This document shows positions 26,647 through 27,320 of a stretch of 27,320 nucleotides of DNA, in pieces. The first letter of the stretch is position 1; every line of letters begins with the position of its first letter. This DNA comes from Candidatus Lambdaproteobacteria bacterium (GTDB lineage: Bacteria; SAR324; NAC60-12), in the NCBI GenBank assembly GCA_012964265.1, contig DTUH01000213.1, positions 1 through 27,320 of the forward strand, read 5' to 3'. Under the pieces are notes generated by a model. It saw only the letters and a list, made by a program, of their open reading frames with translations, searched no databases and had not been told where the DNA came from. A program made the translations under genes and the position numbers.

Positions 26647-26699
26647 TTATTTGTGGAAATTAGGGCAAATTCGAGATTACCTATGCTTTATAGATACGG

Positions 26700-26803
26700 C
26701 TAGAGTAGAGAACCATGTTGCCCCTGCCCTACTACATCAAATAGTGCAAACGGTTTTCCCGTACATTACTATTTGATACCCCGGAACGGTGTCCGGGGCT
26801 ACC
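26700..26803 (-). mobile_element. Degenerate group II intron 3' remnant (mini-D4, D5-like, D6-like)
   Basis: Minus strand reads GGTAGCCCCGGACACCGTTCCGGGGTATC-AAATAGTAATGTACGGGAAAACCGTTTGCACTATTT-GATGTAGTAGGGCAGGGGCAACATGGTTCTCTACTCTAG. The TG..CGGGAAAACCG..GCAC..TTTGATG and CTCTACTCTA features match bacterial group II intron 3' ends as I recall them. Confidence 0.6.
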
Positions 26804-26856
26804 AATCTCAAGAGAAGAAATACTACCACTTGGTTCAGCCTACGGTCAAAAAAATA

Positions 26857-26919
26857 TTTTCTGAACGTTCAGAAAAATCCTGAGCAAAGCAAATTATTCT
26901 GAACGTTCAGAATAATTTG
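26857..26919. repeat. Two perfect palindromes sharing the core TTCTGAACGTTCAGAA
   Basis: TTTTCTGAACGTTCAGAAAA (26857-26876, 20 bp) and CAAATTATTCTGAACGTTCAGAATAATTTG (26890-26919, 30 bp). The cores are 38 bp apart and each is followed by TGAGCA. Confidence 0.9.
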
Positions 26920-27320
26920 AGCAGATCCGCCCCATTTCCGTGATACTCCAGCAGTCTCCTTCTTTCCGAATCAGTTTTTGACGAGAGCTCATTTCGAGAA
27001 GCAACCGTTCCAGGGAGATCTTAGTAAATATTTCATGCTTCAATTCAATTTTTTGTTTTGCTCCATCTTCCAAGCACTTTAAAACCAATTTTTCGGCTTG
27101 TGCCATTGGGCTATTTTTATCTTTGAAGGAAAGCAGCAAAAAGGTATAAATTTTTTCTGCAAGTGTTTCCAGGTGTCCAGAAAGATCCGCCCTCCCCCGG
27201 AGATAAAGCGCCAGTTTATCCTCTGTTCCGGAATTCCTTACAAACACTGTAGCCGCAGGAATTCCCTTTTCCAAAACACGCAGCAGCAGCATTTCGGGCT
27301 CCTCCTGTCGTTTCACAATG
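26894..27320 (-). CDS. 3' part of a probable alpha-D-phosphohexomutase-superfamily protein with a C-terminal extension (5'-truncated by the window edge)
   Basis: The frame stays open to the window end. VFVRNSGTEDKLALY resembles the domain-IV motif VRxSGTEPxxRxY. Confidence 0.55.
   Translation of the reverse strand, partial: IVKRQEEPEMLLLRVLEKGIPAATVFVRNSGTEDKLALYLRGRADLSGHLETLAEKIYTFLLLSFKDKNSPMAQAEKLVLKCLEDGAKQKIELKHEIFTKISLERLLLEMSSRQKLIRKEGDCWSITEMGRICSNYSERSE

Noticed and set aside
26647-26700. Integron attC site after the lipoprotein gene
   Set aside because: No RYYYAAC...GTTRRRY boxes with a compatible inner repeat, and no integrase in the window.
26857-26925. CRISPR array
   Set aside because: Only two non-identical palindromic units with a very short spacer and no cas genes.

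Overview
A 27.3 kb bacterial chromosomal segment, mostly housekeeping genes. The gene complement suggests a flagellated, Gram-negative, probably marine deltaproteobacterium-like organism such as SAR324; this is inference only. Almost everything from 0.3 to 23.8 kb is on the minus strand. In + coordinate order: a vapBC toxin-antitoxin pair, kdsD, a DUF2322-DapD fusion, ugd, gpmI, a CinA/MoCF-domain protein, a cyclophilin-parvulin-parvulin PPIase, gmhB, a zinc aminopeptidase lipoprotein, dsbD, a small hypothetical, ilvC, xdhB/xdhA with a lone nucleoside-type ABC ATPase, a sigma28-driven flagellin, rlmE, and a RadC/JAB protein carrying an extra N-terminal domain with an EndoIII-type 4-Cys motif. 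A divergent motA/motB pair follows on the plus strand. Next is a small AT-rich accessory patch with an apparently leaderless XRE regulator, a SmpA/OmlA-like lipoprotein, a group II intron-like D4-D5-D6 remnant lacking the catalytic triad, and twin perfect palindromes. The window ends in the 3' part of a phosphohexomutase-like gene. The strongest leads are the intron-derived RNA structure, the Fe-S-motif RadC fusion, the atypical stator pair, the DUF2322-DapD fusion and a duplicated XdhB N-terminus. All family assignments come from motif recognition by eye; no searches were run.
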